Shown here: positions 9,096-18,162 of the stretch, one piece after another
How positions within the stretch are numbered: the first letter of the stretch is position 1
Layout: the number at the start of each line of letters is the position of its first letter
Assembly (NCBI GenBank): GCA_965368975.1
Contig: CBDUPA010000008.1
Location: 200,416 to 264,415, forward strand
DNA length: 64,000 nt
Origin: an uncultured bacterium
GTDB lineage: Bacteria; Acidobacteriota; Thermoanaerobaculia; Multivoradales; JAHZIX01
Direction of reading: 5' to 3'
The notes under the pieces: model-generated
The model's input: the letters and a program-made list of their open reading frames with translations, nothing else
Databases searched by the model: none
Told to the model about the DNA's origin: nothing
Translations under genes and position numbers: made by a program

Positions 9096-10781
9096 ATGAA
9101 GCGAGAACCCCGATCGAACTGGCTGTGCCGTCTGCAGCAGCTGAGCCAGGACACCGCCCTGACCGCGACCCTCGCCCTACTGCCGATCTTCGCCTTGCTG
9201 TCGACACCGGCGGTCATGGCACAGGACGAGGACTCATCGTCGGTTCCCGCGTGGAGCCAGGTCGATGTGGTGGATCGTTCTCCCTTCTCGGCGAACTTCA
9301 TTCTGGTCAATATGGACGAGCCTGGTGAAGGTCTGAACGACCCGACGCCGGCCGAACCCGTGGCTGGCAATCCCGGTACAACGCTCGGGGAACAGCGCCT
9401 GAACGCCTTCCGCGCTGCCGCCGCGGTGTGGGCACAGACGATCGTCAGTCCGGTCGACATCTACGTCCAGGTGGGCTTCGATCCCCTGCCGTGCAACGCG
9501 GTCTCCGCCACCATTGGCTCAGCCGGGACGTTGACCAGTGAGCGGGATTTCCCCGACGCACCGCAGGCGGGCACCTTGTACGTCGTCTCGCTGGCCAATG
9601 CCCTCGCGGGCCGCGACCTGCATCCCGGTCCGCCAGGTGCGGGTGGTGACGACATCTCGATTCGCTTCAATAGCTCGATCGACAACAATCCCAATTGCCT
9701 TGCGGGTAGCTGGTATTACGGCTTTGATCACAACGAGCCCATGGGCCACGTCGACATGTTGGCGGCAGCGGTCCACGATCTCCACCACGGCCTGGGCATG
9801 TTCAACTTTGTGCACGAGCCGAACGGCACCATGATCGATGGTCCAGAGCATCCGGGGATTTTCGAACGGATGCTGCTCGATACCGACCTCGGCTTGACGT
9901 ACGCCGAGATGACCGATGAGCAGCGTGCCACCTCCGCCACCAACTGCGGCAAAGTAGTGTGGACCGGACCCAACGTCACGCGCTTCGCACCGTTCTTCCT
10001 GCGGCGTGAGGCGCCGCAGTTGCGTGTCGAGAGCAGGGGCGCCGAGGCCGTGTACGAGGTGGGTACCGCGCAGTTCGGCCCGAGGCTGACTGCCGAAGGG
10101 GTCCAGGGAGTTCTGCAGGTGGTGGACGATGGAGTCGACAACGGGACCGATGGGTGTACGCCGCTGGCGGGTTTCACCGCCGGGAATATTGCCGTCATCG
10201 ACCGGGGAGTTTGCGGATTCACCACCAAGACGCAGAACGCCGCGGCGGCTGGTGCCAGCGCTGTCGTGGTCATCGACAGCCAGCCGTCCGAGTGCGCGCC
10301 CGGTTCTCTGGGCGGCACTATCATCGTGGACATCCCCACCTTCAAATTGAGCCAGAAGGACGGTGTCCAGCTCAAAGAAGCCCTGGCCGCCGGCAACGTC
10401 CGGGCGAGCCTCGAGTTCGGTCGGATCGAAACCCTGGCCGGTGCCGACGCCGAGGGCCGGGTGCGGCTCTACAATCCACGGCCGCTGAGTTCCTTCACCA
10501 ACTGGCACTGGGACGTCGATGCCAACCCCGACCTGCTGATGGAGCCGTTTCTGACCCCGGGCCTGACGGTCGCGAACCTCGACCTGAGCCCGATGCAGTT
10601 GGCCGACATCGGCTGGACCCTGCGTCAGTGGTGCGGGAACAACGTGCGCGAAGGGATCGAGATGTGCGACGGAGAGGACCTGTTCGGGCAGAGCTGTGAG
10701 AGCCTCGGCTTCAGCACAGGTACGTTGGCGTGCGCACAGGGATGCGAGGAGTTCGACACCTCGGCCTGCACTGCGGAGTGA
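9096..10781 (+). CDS. Paralogous secreted PA-domain peptidase-like protein with HDxxH in place of HExxH
   Basis: ATG 9096 preceded by GAGGA; colinear with 6918-8846 up to the Cys-rich repeat; zinc motif reads HDLHHGLG; lacks the C-terminal beta-rich domain. Confidence 0.87.
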   Translation: MKREPRSNWLCRLQQLSQDTALTATLALLPIFALLSTPAVMAQDEDSSSVPAWSQVDVVDRSPFSANFILVNMDEPGEGLNDPTPAEPVAGNPGTTLGEQRLNAFRAAAAVWAQTIVSPVDIYVQVGFDPLPCNAVSATIGSAGTLTSERDFPDAPQAGTLYVVSLANALAGRDLHPGPPGAGGDDISIRFNSSIDNNPNCLAGSWYYGFDHNEPMGHVDMLAAAVHDLHHGLGMFNFVHEPNGTMIDGPEHPGIFERMLLDTDLGLTYAEMTDEQRATSATNCGKVVWTGPNVTRFAPFFLRREAPQLRVESRGAEAVYEVGTAQFGPRLTAEGVQGVLQVVDDGVDNGTDGCTPLAGFTAGNIAVIDRGVCGFTTKTQNAAAAGASAVVVIDSQPSECAPGSLGGTIIVDIPTFKLSQKDGVQLKEALAAGNVRASLEFGRIETLAGADAEGRVRLYNPRPLSSFTNWHWDVDANPDLLMEPFLTPGLTVANLDLSPMQLADIGWTLRQWCGNNVREGIEMCDGEDLFGQSCESLGFSTGTLACAQGCEEFDTSACTAE

Positions 10782-11386
10782 CCGTGGGCGCTGCTCTGGG
10801 GCACCGCTCAGTGCCAAGCCGAGTCTGGAGTGCCCTGGTCGCGGCCGGGGTTCTCTGGGCCCTGCCGCCTGTAGTGCTGCCGACGTTCGCGGTACCCGCC
10901 GATGAGGCGCGTGCCGAAGCCAAGGCTGAAGAGACCCAACCCGCCGAAGCTCGCCCAGTTACAACCAACCGCGTCGAAGCTGACCGCGTCGAGGCTGACC
11001 GCGTCGAGGCTGACCGCGAGCCTGACCAGGGCACAGCTGGGCCGCAGGCTCTTCCTGCCTGGATGCGGATTCCCGTCATCCAGGCCCCGGCTCGGGCAGC
11101 AGGTGTCGACGCGGCTTCCGGATCGACCGGTGCGGCGCTACCCGGCGGTCCCGACACGCGGCCGGTGACGCGGTCGTCGAGAGCGGCGGTGCGGGCAGAC
11201 GGCAGCCTGCATGTGGTCTGTGGTTTCGGCGGTGAGGAGCATGTGCACGCTTCGGCCGAACAAGCCCGCACCGCGCATGCGGAAGTTGGGGGTGAGGAAC
11301 CGGCGGTCAGCTCCTCAGCAGGTTCCACTTCTTCGGAATTGGCTGACCCGGAAGCCACCAACAGTAGCGAGACGCCTCCGCGCTGA
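10778..11386 (+). CDS. Secreted low-complexity protein, divergent paralogue of 6395-6928
   Basis: GTGA start/stop overlap with the upstream gene; hydrophobic N-terminus; LPAWMRIPVI and AVRADGSLHVVC resemble APAWAQVQVL and EVLPDGSHQFQC. Confidence 0.6.
   Translation: MTVGAALGHRSVPSRVWSALVAAGVLWALPPVVLPTFAVPADEARAEAKAEETQPAEARPVTTNRVEADRVEADRVEADREPDQGTAGPQALPAWMRIPVIQAPARAAGVDAASGSTGAALPGGPDTRPVTRSSRAAVRADGSLHVVCGFGGEEHVHASAEQARTAHAEVGGEEPAVSSSAGSTSSELADPEATNSSETPPR
10968..11018 (+). repeat. 15-bp in-frame tandem repeat encoding RVEAD x3
   Basis: ACCGCGTCGA(A/G)GCTG copies at 10968, 10983 and 10998. Confidence 0.9.
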
Positions 11387-11399
11387 CGTCCTGCGGCCT

Positions 11400-12932
11400 T
11401 CAACCGCCGGGGAGGTATTCGTCGAGTAGCGGCGCGAGCTTACGGTTGTTGAGGAAGAATATCCGGGCTTCGCTTGGCGTGACGGAATTGAGGTAGCCGA
11501 GCAAGTCGTCGACGCCGCGGCCACCGCTGGCGGCTCGGAACTCGCGGTCCAGGTGCTCGCGGAACGGACGGATGCGTCGCCGTACCTTGCCGATCCACTC
11601 TTCCAGAACTATGCGCCGCTGCTCGCTGTCTTCGAGCTTACGGAGTTCTTCCACCAGCTGCTGGAAGCTCGCCCGCGGCCGGGCAACCACCGGTGCGACA
11701 GTGGCGTAGGGCGACAGCGCGCGGGTCAGGCCCAGCGCGTCCAAGACGTGGAAGACCTGCTTGTCCTGCCCGGGGCCGTACAGGTCCGGGTAGGGGCGGG
11801 CGGCCAGGCCGAGCATGCGATCGTACTGGCTGCGGCTGTAGACGGGGCGCAGAAACACCAGGCGATCGACCGCAGGTAGGTTGACGCCGTGCGCCAGGCT
11901 GTCACCGCTGACCGCGACCCGAGTGCCCTCGCCCGCCGCTCGCAACTGGCGAACGGCCTCCGGCGCCGTCAGTTCTGTGACCGGCAGGACGACCTCTGAG
12001 CCACGGTCGTGTGCTGGCGGGAAGAAGGCGCGCAGGATCTCGGTCACCTGCATAGCGTGGGTATCGTCGAGACAGTAGAGCAGAGTCGTACCGGGTACCC
12101 GTGGGTCCAACTGCTCGACGAGCTGTGAGCAGACCTTGCGCAGAAAACCCGCGTCGCGCAGTTGCTCCAGATGCGCCTGGCAAGCCGCTTCGATCCGCTC
12201 CGTGTCCACGCGGTCGGTCGAGGCCTGGTCGGCAGCTTGGGTGCCCCTGGCCTGCGCTGCGGCCGCTGGGGCTGCGTCTGCAGCGGGCCCTAGGGCGCGT
12301 GGTGGATCGTAATCGACCAGGACGCCGTCGAGCACGGCGCGCCGGTAGCTGTACTGAAAGACGGGCTGTCCGAGGCTATCGATCCGCTCCTGCGTCGCGG
12401 TGCTGGCGAAGACGACATGTGTCGTTACGGGTTCGTTGCCTGCTGCCTCGGTGTTGGTCGCTTCGATGCCGCGGACGACTTCGTCATGGAGCACGTCGTC
12501 ATAGACGACGAAGTTGGCTGGCGATGCGGTCGCGGCCCGGTCCCGGCTCTCGCTGACCTGGATACGCAACCGACCTGTGACCCTCAGCTGACCCGTCGAA
12601 TCCGGTTCCTCGCTACCGTAGAAGCTGGCGAGTGCGCGACCAGGCTCGATCTCCATCTGGGCGTAGTCCGTTACCGCTTGCTGTCGCAGCAATTCGGTGC
12701 CGACGAACAAGCAACCAGAGGCCACGGGGTGGGCACTGAGCAGTCGATGCAGCACCAAAAGAGCGAGGCGAGTCTTGCCGGTGCCGGGCGCGAGCACGAC
12801 CAGGAGTCGTCGCTGGCCCGACTCGATTCTGTGCTCGAGGTTGCGCAGTGCCTGGCGCTGGAAAGGCCAGAGCAACGTCTCGGGAAGCGCCGTAGAGCGA
12901 GATCTACGGTCGGAGGGCATATCGCTGGTCAC
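11400..12932 (-). CDS. Orphan degenerate HsdR (EcoKI R-like) SF2 helicase-fold protein
   Basis: PFQ Q-motif, APGTGKT Walker A, PVFQYSYRRAVLDGVLVDYDPP, LVFLRPVYSR..Y..MLG, PVVARPRASFQQLVEEL all follow EcoKI-type HsdR. No nuclease domain; DEAH is replaced by DDVLH. Confidence 0.78.
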   Translation of the reverse strand: MTSDMPSDRRSRSTALPETLLWPFQRQALRNLEHRIESGQRRLLVVLAPGTGKTRLALLVLHRLLSAHPVASGCLFVGTELLRQQAVTDYAQMEIEPGRALASFYGSEEPDSTGQLRVTGRLRIQVSESRDRAATASPANFVVYDDVLHDEVVRGIEATNTEAAGNEPVTTHVVFASTATQERIDSLGQPVFQYSYRRAVLDGVLVDYDPPRALGPAADAAPAAAAQARGTQAADQASTDRVDTERIEAACQAHLEQLRDAGFLRKVCSQLVEQLDPRVPGTTLLYCLDDTHAMQVTEILRAFFPPAHDRGSEVVLPVTELTAPEAVRQLRAAGEGTRVAVSGDSLAHGVNLPAVDRLVFLRPVYSRSQYDRMLGLAARPYPDLYGPGQDKQVFHVLDALGLTRALSPYATVAPVVARPRASFQQLVEELRKLEDSEQRRIVLEEWIGKVRRRIRPFREHLDREFRAASGGRGVDDLLGYLNSVTPSEARIFFLNNRKLAPLLDEYLPGG

Positions 12933-12940
12933 AAGGCTGG

Positions 12941-12946
12941 ATTATA
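12941..12946 (-). promoter_or_regulatory. Consensus -10 element (TATAAT) 8 nt upstream of the HsdR-like GTG start
   Basis: Plus-strand ATTATA at 12941-12946; rare in a high-GC background. Confidence 0.55.
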
Positions 12947-13082
12947 GCCCGAGGAATCCGGGCCAGAGCGGCGAGGGGGAGATGGCGGTGCCGGGAGGAC
13001 GGCACACTGGCAGCCCATTCCCGGCACCCGCGACTCTGGTAGGCAAAGCTCGCAAGACGAGCCCTGGAGACCATCACCTCGA

Positions 13083-13868
13083 TCAGGCTGCGCCTTCGCC
13101 GCCAGCAGCGTCACCACTAGGTGCACCTCCACCGGTCGCCGCGCCGCTAGCTGCCTGTTCGCCGGCAGTCAGCCCCATACGCTTTTTCAGCTCGGCCAGG
13201 GAGTCTTGCGCCTTGGCGGCACTCGGCGAGCCGATGGCCTTGTCGATCTCCTCGTCGATCGAGGTTGCGCCGTCGGCCATGTCACCGTAAGCCTCGGCCA
13301 GCGCTTCCTGCTCGGTGACTTTCTCTTTCATCTTCTCGAGCATGGCGATGGTACCGGAGGTATCGACATTGGCCAGTTGACGGTTGATCTTCTCCATCGA
13401 GTCGGCAGTCTTGGAGCGCGCGCGTAGCGTGGTCAGCTCGGCCTCGTAGTGGCCGATCTGGTTCTTCAGCTTCTTGACCTTGCTCTCCAGCTGGTTGGCC
13501 AGCTGCTCCTGCTTGGTGAAGTCGCTGCTCAGGCTGGTCGCGCGCTGTACTGCTTCTTCTTTCTTCTCCAGGGCAGCGGTCGCCAGGCGGTCGGCCTCCT
13601 CGCCGACAACTTCGCCGCGCTGCCCCTGCTGCAGCAGCAGCATTGCCTTGCGCTCGTAGTCGCCGGCCAGCTTCTTCTGGTCTTCGGCGTCCTTGCGCTG
13701 GCGAATCGCGATGGCCTTGACCTGCGCCAAGCTGGCCATCGATTCTTGCAGATCCTTCTTCAGGTCACGGATACCTTGCTCTGTGAGCTTGATCGGGTCT
13801 TCGAATTTGTCTACCGCCGAGTGCGCCTCGGACTGGAAGATTCTGAACAGTCTTTGAAAGATCGACAT
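13083..13868 (-). CDS. pspA: PspA/IM30 family protein (bacterial ESCRT-III-like)
   Basis: MSIFQRLFRIFQSEAHSAVDKFEDPIKLTEQGIRDL N-terminus, long coiled coil, LEKMKEKV...AEA, LAELKKRMG. Confidence 0.93.
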   Translation of the reverse strand: MSIFQRLFRIFQSEAHSAVDKFEDPIKLTEQGIRDLKKDLQESMASLAQVKAIAIRQRKDAEDQKKLAGDYERKAMLLLQQGQRGEVVGEEADRLATAALEKKEEAVQRATSLSSDFTKQEQLANQLESKVKKLKNQIGHYEAELTTLRARSKTADSMEKINRQLANVDTSGTIAMLEKMKEKVTEQEALAEAYGDMADGATSIDEEIDKAIGSPSAAKAQDSLAELKKRMGLTAGEQAASGAATGGGAPSGDAAGGEGAA

Positions 13869-13907
13869 CGTCTCTGTCTCCGTGGGTAGTGCTTCGAGGG
13901 TAGGACT

Positions 13908-14312
13908 TCAGGCCGCTGCCTGCACGTGGTCGAGCAGTTCGCTCGCGTGCTCGGCGAGGGCCAGGGACAGGGCGCTGATCGAGCCTTCCAGCTCGCCCAG
14001 GTCGAGGGTAGAGAGGCGCAGCGTGTCGCGCCAGAACAGACGCTGGCTGTTCGAGTCGAGCACAAAGGCACCGTGCACCAGGGTCCGGTTCATCTGTAGC
14101 AGGCGGCGGTAGAAGCCGCTGTCGACGTCTTCGGGCAGGTCCAGGATCAGCTGCTCCAGGACCAGGATGGGATCTTCGCAGTCGATCACCAAGTTCTTGA
14201 TGCCGTTGGCTTCGTCTTCGACGATGAGCAGTTCTTCGGCGGCGTCGGTATGAACGATCTTGAGGTCGAGCTCCAGGACATATTCCTGCACTCGTGGCCA
14301 GTGTTCGGACAT
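13908..14312 (-). CDS. YbjN/CesT-like chaperone-fold protein
   Basis: 134 aa and acidic; GIKNLVIDCEDPILVLEQ, FYRRLLQMNRTLVHGAFVLD..LFWRDTL; AGGAGG SD; directly upstream of pspA. Confidence 0.8.
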   Translation of the reverse strand: MSEHWPRVQEYVLELDLKIVHTDAAEELLIVEDEANGIKNLVIDCEDPILVLEQLILDLPEDVDSGFYRRLLQMNRTLVHGAFVLDSNSQRLFWRDTLRLSTLDLGELEGSISALSLALAEHASELLDHVQAAA

Positions 14313-14370
14313 TCTGTGATCCTCCTGTGGGGGTCGATTCTTGCGCGCACCAGGTGGAAGCGTGCGCTGC

Positions 14371-14398
14371 AGTATATCAGTCAGTGGTGAGTTGTCAG
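14371..14398 (-). promoter_or_regulatory. Sigma70-like internal promoter for the ybjN-like gene and pspA
   Basis: Minus strand CTGACA-16 bp-TATACT with a TGn extended -10, in the 14313-14402 intergenic gap. Confidence 0.6.
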
Positions 14399-14402
14399 AG
14401 CG

Positions 14403-14804
14403 TCAAGCCCGGCGTTCCAGGTGACGTTTCAGTTGCTCGTAGGCGTGGTTGAGGCCCTTGACCAGTTCGGTGGCGGTGTGCAGCTGTTCTGGGTCGCCGG
14501 AGTGCAGGTCGGGATGATACTTGCGCATCAGCCGTTTCCAGGCGTCGCGTACTGTTGCCAGGTCGGAGCCGTAAGGAACTTCGAGGTTGCGGTAGTAGCG
14601 GGCCAGCTCCGGATCTTCACCGGGCTTGCCCTCGGACGGCTGTGCCTCCTGAGATCGACCCGTTCCATCCGCACCGGTTCGAGCCTGGCCGCGGCGCATC
14701 TCTTCCCAGGCGGCCCGCTCAGCGTCGCTCAACTTGGGACGGCCTCCGAGGCGGTTGCCGACCTCGGCCTCGACGATGCGCCACAGGCGGCGGAGCAGAC
14801 TCAT
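14403..14804 (-). CDS. J-domain protein (C-terminal J domain)
   Basis: ATG 14804 after a purine-rich SD; YYRNLEV...VRDAWKRLMRKYHPD...LNHAYEQL. Confidence 0.88.
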   Translation of the reverse strand: MSLLRRLWRIVEAEVGNRLGGRPKLSDAERAAWEEMRRGQARTGADGTGRSQEAQPSEGKPGEDPELARYYRNLEVPYGSDLATVRDAWKRLMRKYHPDLHSGDPEQLHTATELVKGLNHAYEQLKRHLERRA

Positions 14805-14853
14805 GACGACTTCTTCCTTCCGGCGAACCCGGACAGCTGTGGGAAAGGCGGCA

Positions 14854-16416
14854 TCAGTACAGATCCCAGGCACCGTCGCGGTAGTAGTAGAAGACGGCCA
14901 GATCTCGCTCGTTGCTGATCCGGATGGTGTCGCGGTCGTCGAGCAAGCCCTTGCCGAAGTGCAGCATACTGACCATGGCATCGCGGTTCAAGAAGCGGGT
15001 CTTCAGCCCCTCGAACCGCTCTTCGGCGAGGTGTCGGCGTAGCGCCTCGACCTCGATCACGCGACTCGCGGGTGGCTTGACGCCTAGCACCCAACCCCAT
15101 TCGCCCATGGTCGGCACGTGGTTGTGGTAGGGCAGTGCGGTCAGGCCCGCGGCCTCGATGGTGTTGAGGATGCAGACGAAGGCGTCGCGCGCGAAGAACG
15201 GACTAGTCGCCTGTGTCACCAGCACACCACCGGCGCGCAGATGCCCGGCCGCCAGGCGGTAGAAGCCGAGCGAGTAGAGGCGAGCCAGGGACACCGTCTT
15301 GGGGTCTGGCAGGTCGACCAGGATGATGTCGAAGAGGCCGTGTGCTGCGTCGAGGGGGCGGCGCTGCAAGTAGGCATAGGCATCGGCGTTGACCACCTCG
15401 ACGCGTGGATCGTCGAGGCTGCCGCCGTTGAGCGCGGTGAGAATCGGGTGCGTGCGCCCCAGCTCCGTCATTGTCGGATCGAGGTCGACCAGCGTCACTG
15501 TCTCGACCGGGTGCTGGAGGATCTCGCGTACCGCGAGGCCGTCACCACCGCCCAGCACCAGCACGCGGCGGGCGTCCGGCACGACGGCAAAGGCTGGGTG
15601 GACCAACGGCTCATGGTAGCGGTGTTCGTCGTAGCTACTGAACTGCTCGCTGCCGTCGAGGAACAGCCAGTGATGATTCTTCCAGCGTGTCATGACGATA
15701 CGCTGGTACGGCGTCTGCTGACTGTAGACGATGCGGTCGCGGTACTTCTTCTGCTCGCCGAACAGCACCATCGGCTCGGCCAGCAGCGCGATGGCGACCA
15801 GGGCGACGCCGGTCGCGGCGAAGGCGGCGGTGAGCCGGCGCGGCCAGCGACACGTGGCGCGGAAACGGCCGAAGAGCAGCGCCGCGACGATGAAGTTGAC
15901 CGCGCCGAGGATGATCGGGGTGTAGGTCAGGCCTAGGTGAGGCAGAGCTACGAAGGCGAACAGCAGGCCGCCGAGCAGTGCCCCGTAGTAGTCCTTTTCC
16001 ATCACCGAGCTGAGGTTGACGCGCAGATCCTCGAACACCTCGTTGAGGCGCGCGGCCAGCGGGATTTCGAGGCCGATCAGCAGGCCGATCGCGAAGGCGG
16101 TGAGGTAGATCCAGAAGCCCACCGGCTCGATCCAGGCACCGAGCGCATAGATCAACGGCGCTGACAGCGCGCACAGCAGCGACAGCGCCAGTTCGACGGT
16201 GATGAAGGCGTCTAGCAGGTCGCGCCGTACCCAGCGCGACAGACGGCTACCAACGCCCATGGCGAAGAGCATTAGCGACACGGTCAGCGTCCACTGGCGC
16301 ACGGCGTCGCCGAGCAGATAGCTGGCCAGCGTCGACATCACGTACTCCGCTACGATGCCGGAGAGGCCGGTAGCGAAGACGCAGGCCTTGAGGATGCCGC
16401 TACGGGAGGAGTGCAA
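14854..16416 (-). CDS. speE: Membrane-anchored polyamine aminopropyltransferase (spermidine synthase-like)
   Basis: Multi-pass membrane N-terminal half; QTPYQRI, QFSSYDEHRYHEPLVHP, VLVLGGGDGLAVRE, LVDLD, DLPDP, VPTMGEWG. Confidence 0.9.
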   Translation of the reverse strand: MHSSRSGILKACVFATGLSGIVAEYVMSTLASYLLGDAVRQWTLTVSLMLFAMGVGSRLSRWVRRDLLDAFITVELALSLLCALSAPLIYALGAWIEPVGFWIYLTAFAIGLLIGLEIPLAARLNEVFEDLRVNLSSVMEKDYYGALLGGLLFAFVALPHLGLTYTPIILGAVNFIVAALLFGRFRATCRWPRRLTAAFAATGVALVAIALLAEPMVLFGEQKKYRDRIVYSQQTPYQRIVMTRWKNHHWLFLDGSEQFSSYDEHRYHEPLVHPAFAVVPDARRVLVLGGGDGLAVREILQHPVETVTLVDLDPTMTELGRTHPILTALNGGSLDDPRVEVVNADAYAYLQRRPLDAAHGLFDIILVDLPDPKTVSLARLYSLGFYRLAAGHLRAGGVLVTQATSPFFARDAFVCILNTIEAAGLTALPYHNHVPTMGEWGWVLGVKPPASRVIEVEALRRHLAEERFEGLKTRFLNRDAMVSMLHFGKGLLDDRDTIRISNERDLAVFYYYRDGAWDLY

Positions 16417-16441
16417 GCAGGAGAGTCCGCAGTCCGGGCGG

Positions 16442-17287
16442 CTAGAGCAGCCAGCCGATCAGCATCGAGGCGGCGATGTAGGAGAAGGCTTCCAGCAGAC
16501 CGGCGCCGACGTTCGCTTCCTCCTGGTTCACCAGCTCGTCGGTCAGCTTGGCGCCCGGCACCAGCAGGCGGTCGGTCAGCCAGCGCACCGCCGGTAGCAT
16601 GAGCAGCGCAACCAGCAGGAACCAGCCGTACTCCAGCAGGTTCTCGCGCCAGCTCAGGAAGTCACCTCCGACCGAGATGCGCGAAATGTTACCGAGCGCG
16701 ATCAGCACACCGCTGAAGGCGACGCCGACGGCGACGTTGTCCTTCTCGATCTCGTCGTGGAGGTCGAAGGGCAGGATGAAGTCGTAGACGCGGCTGGCCA
16801 GGATCAGCACGCCCTGGCCCAGCGCCCAGAACGCGACCGCCGTCACCAGGTCGCCCTCGCCGGACAACGCACCGCTGAGGATCAAGCCGTTGGCAATGTG
16901 GTTACCGGCTTCGACCGCACCGGTGCCGGCGTTGCGATCCTCGAAGATCTCTTTGTAGTTGTCGAAGTGACGCAGGATCAGCTTGTCGTTGAGCCAGGCC
17001 GAGACGTTGAGCAGCAGGATCGCTACCAGACCGTAGAAGCCAATGTCCAGCAGGTCGTCGACCAGTCCCTTGTTCGGCCCGAGCAGCACGCCGGAGAGCG
17101 CGATCACCAGCCCGGCGTAGTAGCCGACGACGGCCAGAGCGAAGGCGAAGTTGTCGCGCTGGAACAGTTCGTCGGCGACGTTCACCCGCGGTCGCAACCG
17201 GTCGTAGATTAGCTTGCCGAGCAGGAACAGCACGAAGACGGCCAGCAGGTAAACGAGGCCGGTCACAGTCTGGTCGATCGAGATCAT
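16442..17287 (-). CDS. DUF350-type integral membrane protein (two repeats)
   Basis: Multiple TM segments with repeated EL/EI..DN.A motifs (DELFQRDNFAFAL, DEIEKDNVAVGV); typical operon context. Confidence 0.8.
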   Translation of the reverse strand: MISIDQTVTGLVYLLAVFVLFLLGKLIYDRLRPRVNVADELFQRDNFAFALAVVGYYAGLVIALSGVLLGPNKGLVDDLLDIGFYGLVAILLLNVSAWLNDKLILRHFDNYKEIFEDRNAGTGAVEAGNHIANGLILSGALSGEGDLVTAVAFWALGQGVLILASRVYDFILPFDLHDEIEKDNVAVGVAFSGVLIALGNISRISVGGDFLSWRENLLEYGWFLLVALLMLPAVRWLTDRLLVPGAKLTDELVNQEEANVGAGLLEAFSYIAASMLIGWLL

Positions 17288-17351
17288 CGGGCGTCCTCCG
17301 GAATCAAACGAATGTGGTCACTTGCTGCCAAATTCACCAGTCCCCTCACGA

Positions 17352-18155
17352 CTACTTGCCACCGCGCCGGCCGCGCGAGCGGGCACCGCTAGAACGGCTG
17401 CGCGAAACGCGGTCGCGCACCTTGTTGGAGAAGCGACTGCGGCTGGAGGCCTGGCGCGCCTGTTGGCGCTGGAAGAACGTCGGGTTGGTGCGTTGCGTCA
17501 CCGTGCCACGGGTGCCGTATTGCCGGTTGCTACCGAAGTAGCCGCGGATCGGTCCACTGCTGGTGCGCCGGTCCGCGCGACCCCAGCCTGCTTGACGATA
17601 CTGTCGCCGGTAGTCACGGTAGCCGTCCCAGTCACCGCGGTAGACGGGGCCCTGCAGTGCTCCAAAGAGGTGCGACATGAGTGCGTACTTGCCATAGAAG
17701 GACCAGAACGAGTTGCCGCTGTTGTCCGTGCGCCACTCACCGTAGCGGGTGTCACCGACGTATTGGTACCCTGGCGGAAAGTGTGCCGAGCTGATCTCAT
17801 CGTCGGCCTGTTTGGACAGTAGCGTCATGCCCAAGAAGGGCTCGTAGCGACCGTAGACGGTCTCGGGCACCTGGATCCACTCGGTCGTCCGATCCTGCAG
17901 GCTCAGTTCGCCGCCCGCTTCGTCGGGCAGGGATTCGGCCCACACCAGCTTGTAGCGATGGAAGTACTCGGTGAAGAAATTGCCGTCCTCGCGCATGTCG
18001 TCCAGGATGATCGAGAACTCCGGGTAGACGTCGAGCTGGCGCTGCAGGTCGTCGAGCGGATTCGACGGTTCGTCGCAGCCGGAGAGCACCAACACCAGTG
18101 CGAAGACCGGTAACGCGCGCCAACCTGGGCCGGCAGCAGATCGTGAGTGTTCCAT
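17352..18155 (-). CDS. Putative lipoprotein with Tyr/Gly-rich middle and Arg/Ser/Gly-rich tail
   Basis: Lipobox LVLSGC; PPGYQYVGDTRYGEW...SFWSFYGKYA; tail RSRSSGARSRGRRGGK. Confidence 0.75.
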   Translation of the reverse strand: MEHSRSAAGPGWRALPVFALVLVLSGCDEPSNPLDDLQRQLDVYPEFSIILDDMREDGNFFTEYFHRYKLVWAESLPDEAGGELSLQDRTTEWIQVPETVYGRYEPFLGMTLLSKQADDEISSAHFPPGYQYVGDTRYGEWRTDNSGNSFWSFYGKYALMSHLFGALQGPVYRGDWDGYRDYRRQYRQAGWGRADRRTSSGPIRGYFGSNRQYGTRGTVTQRTNPTFFQRQQARQASSRSRFSNKVRDRVSRSRSSGARSRGRRGGK

Positions 18156-18162
18156 GCGCCTC

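Noticed and set aside
11400-12932. Functional type I restriction-modification system
   Set aside because: No hsdM or hsdS, no nuclease domain, and degenerate motor motifs.
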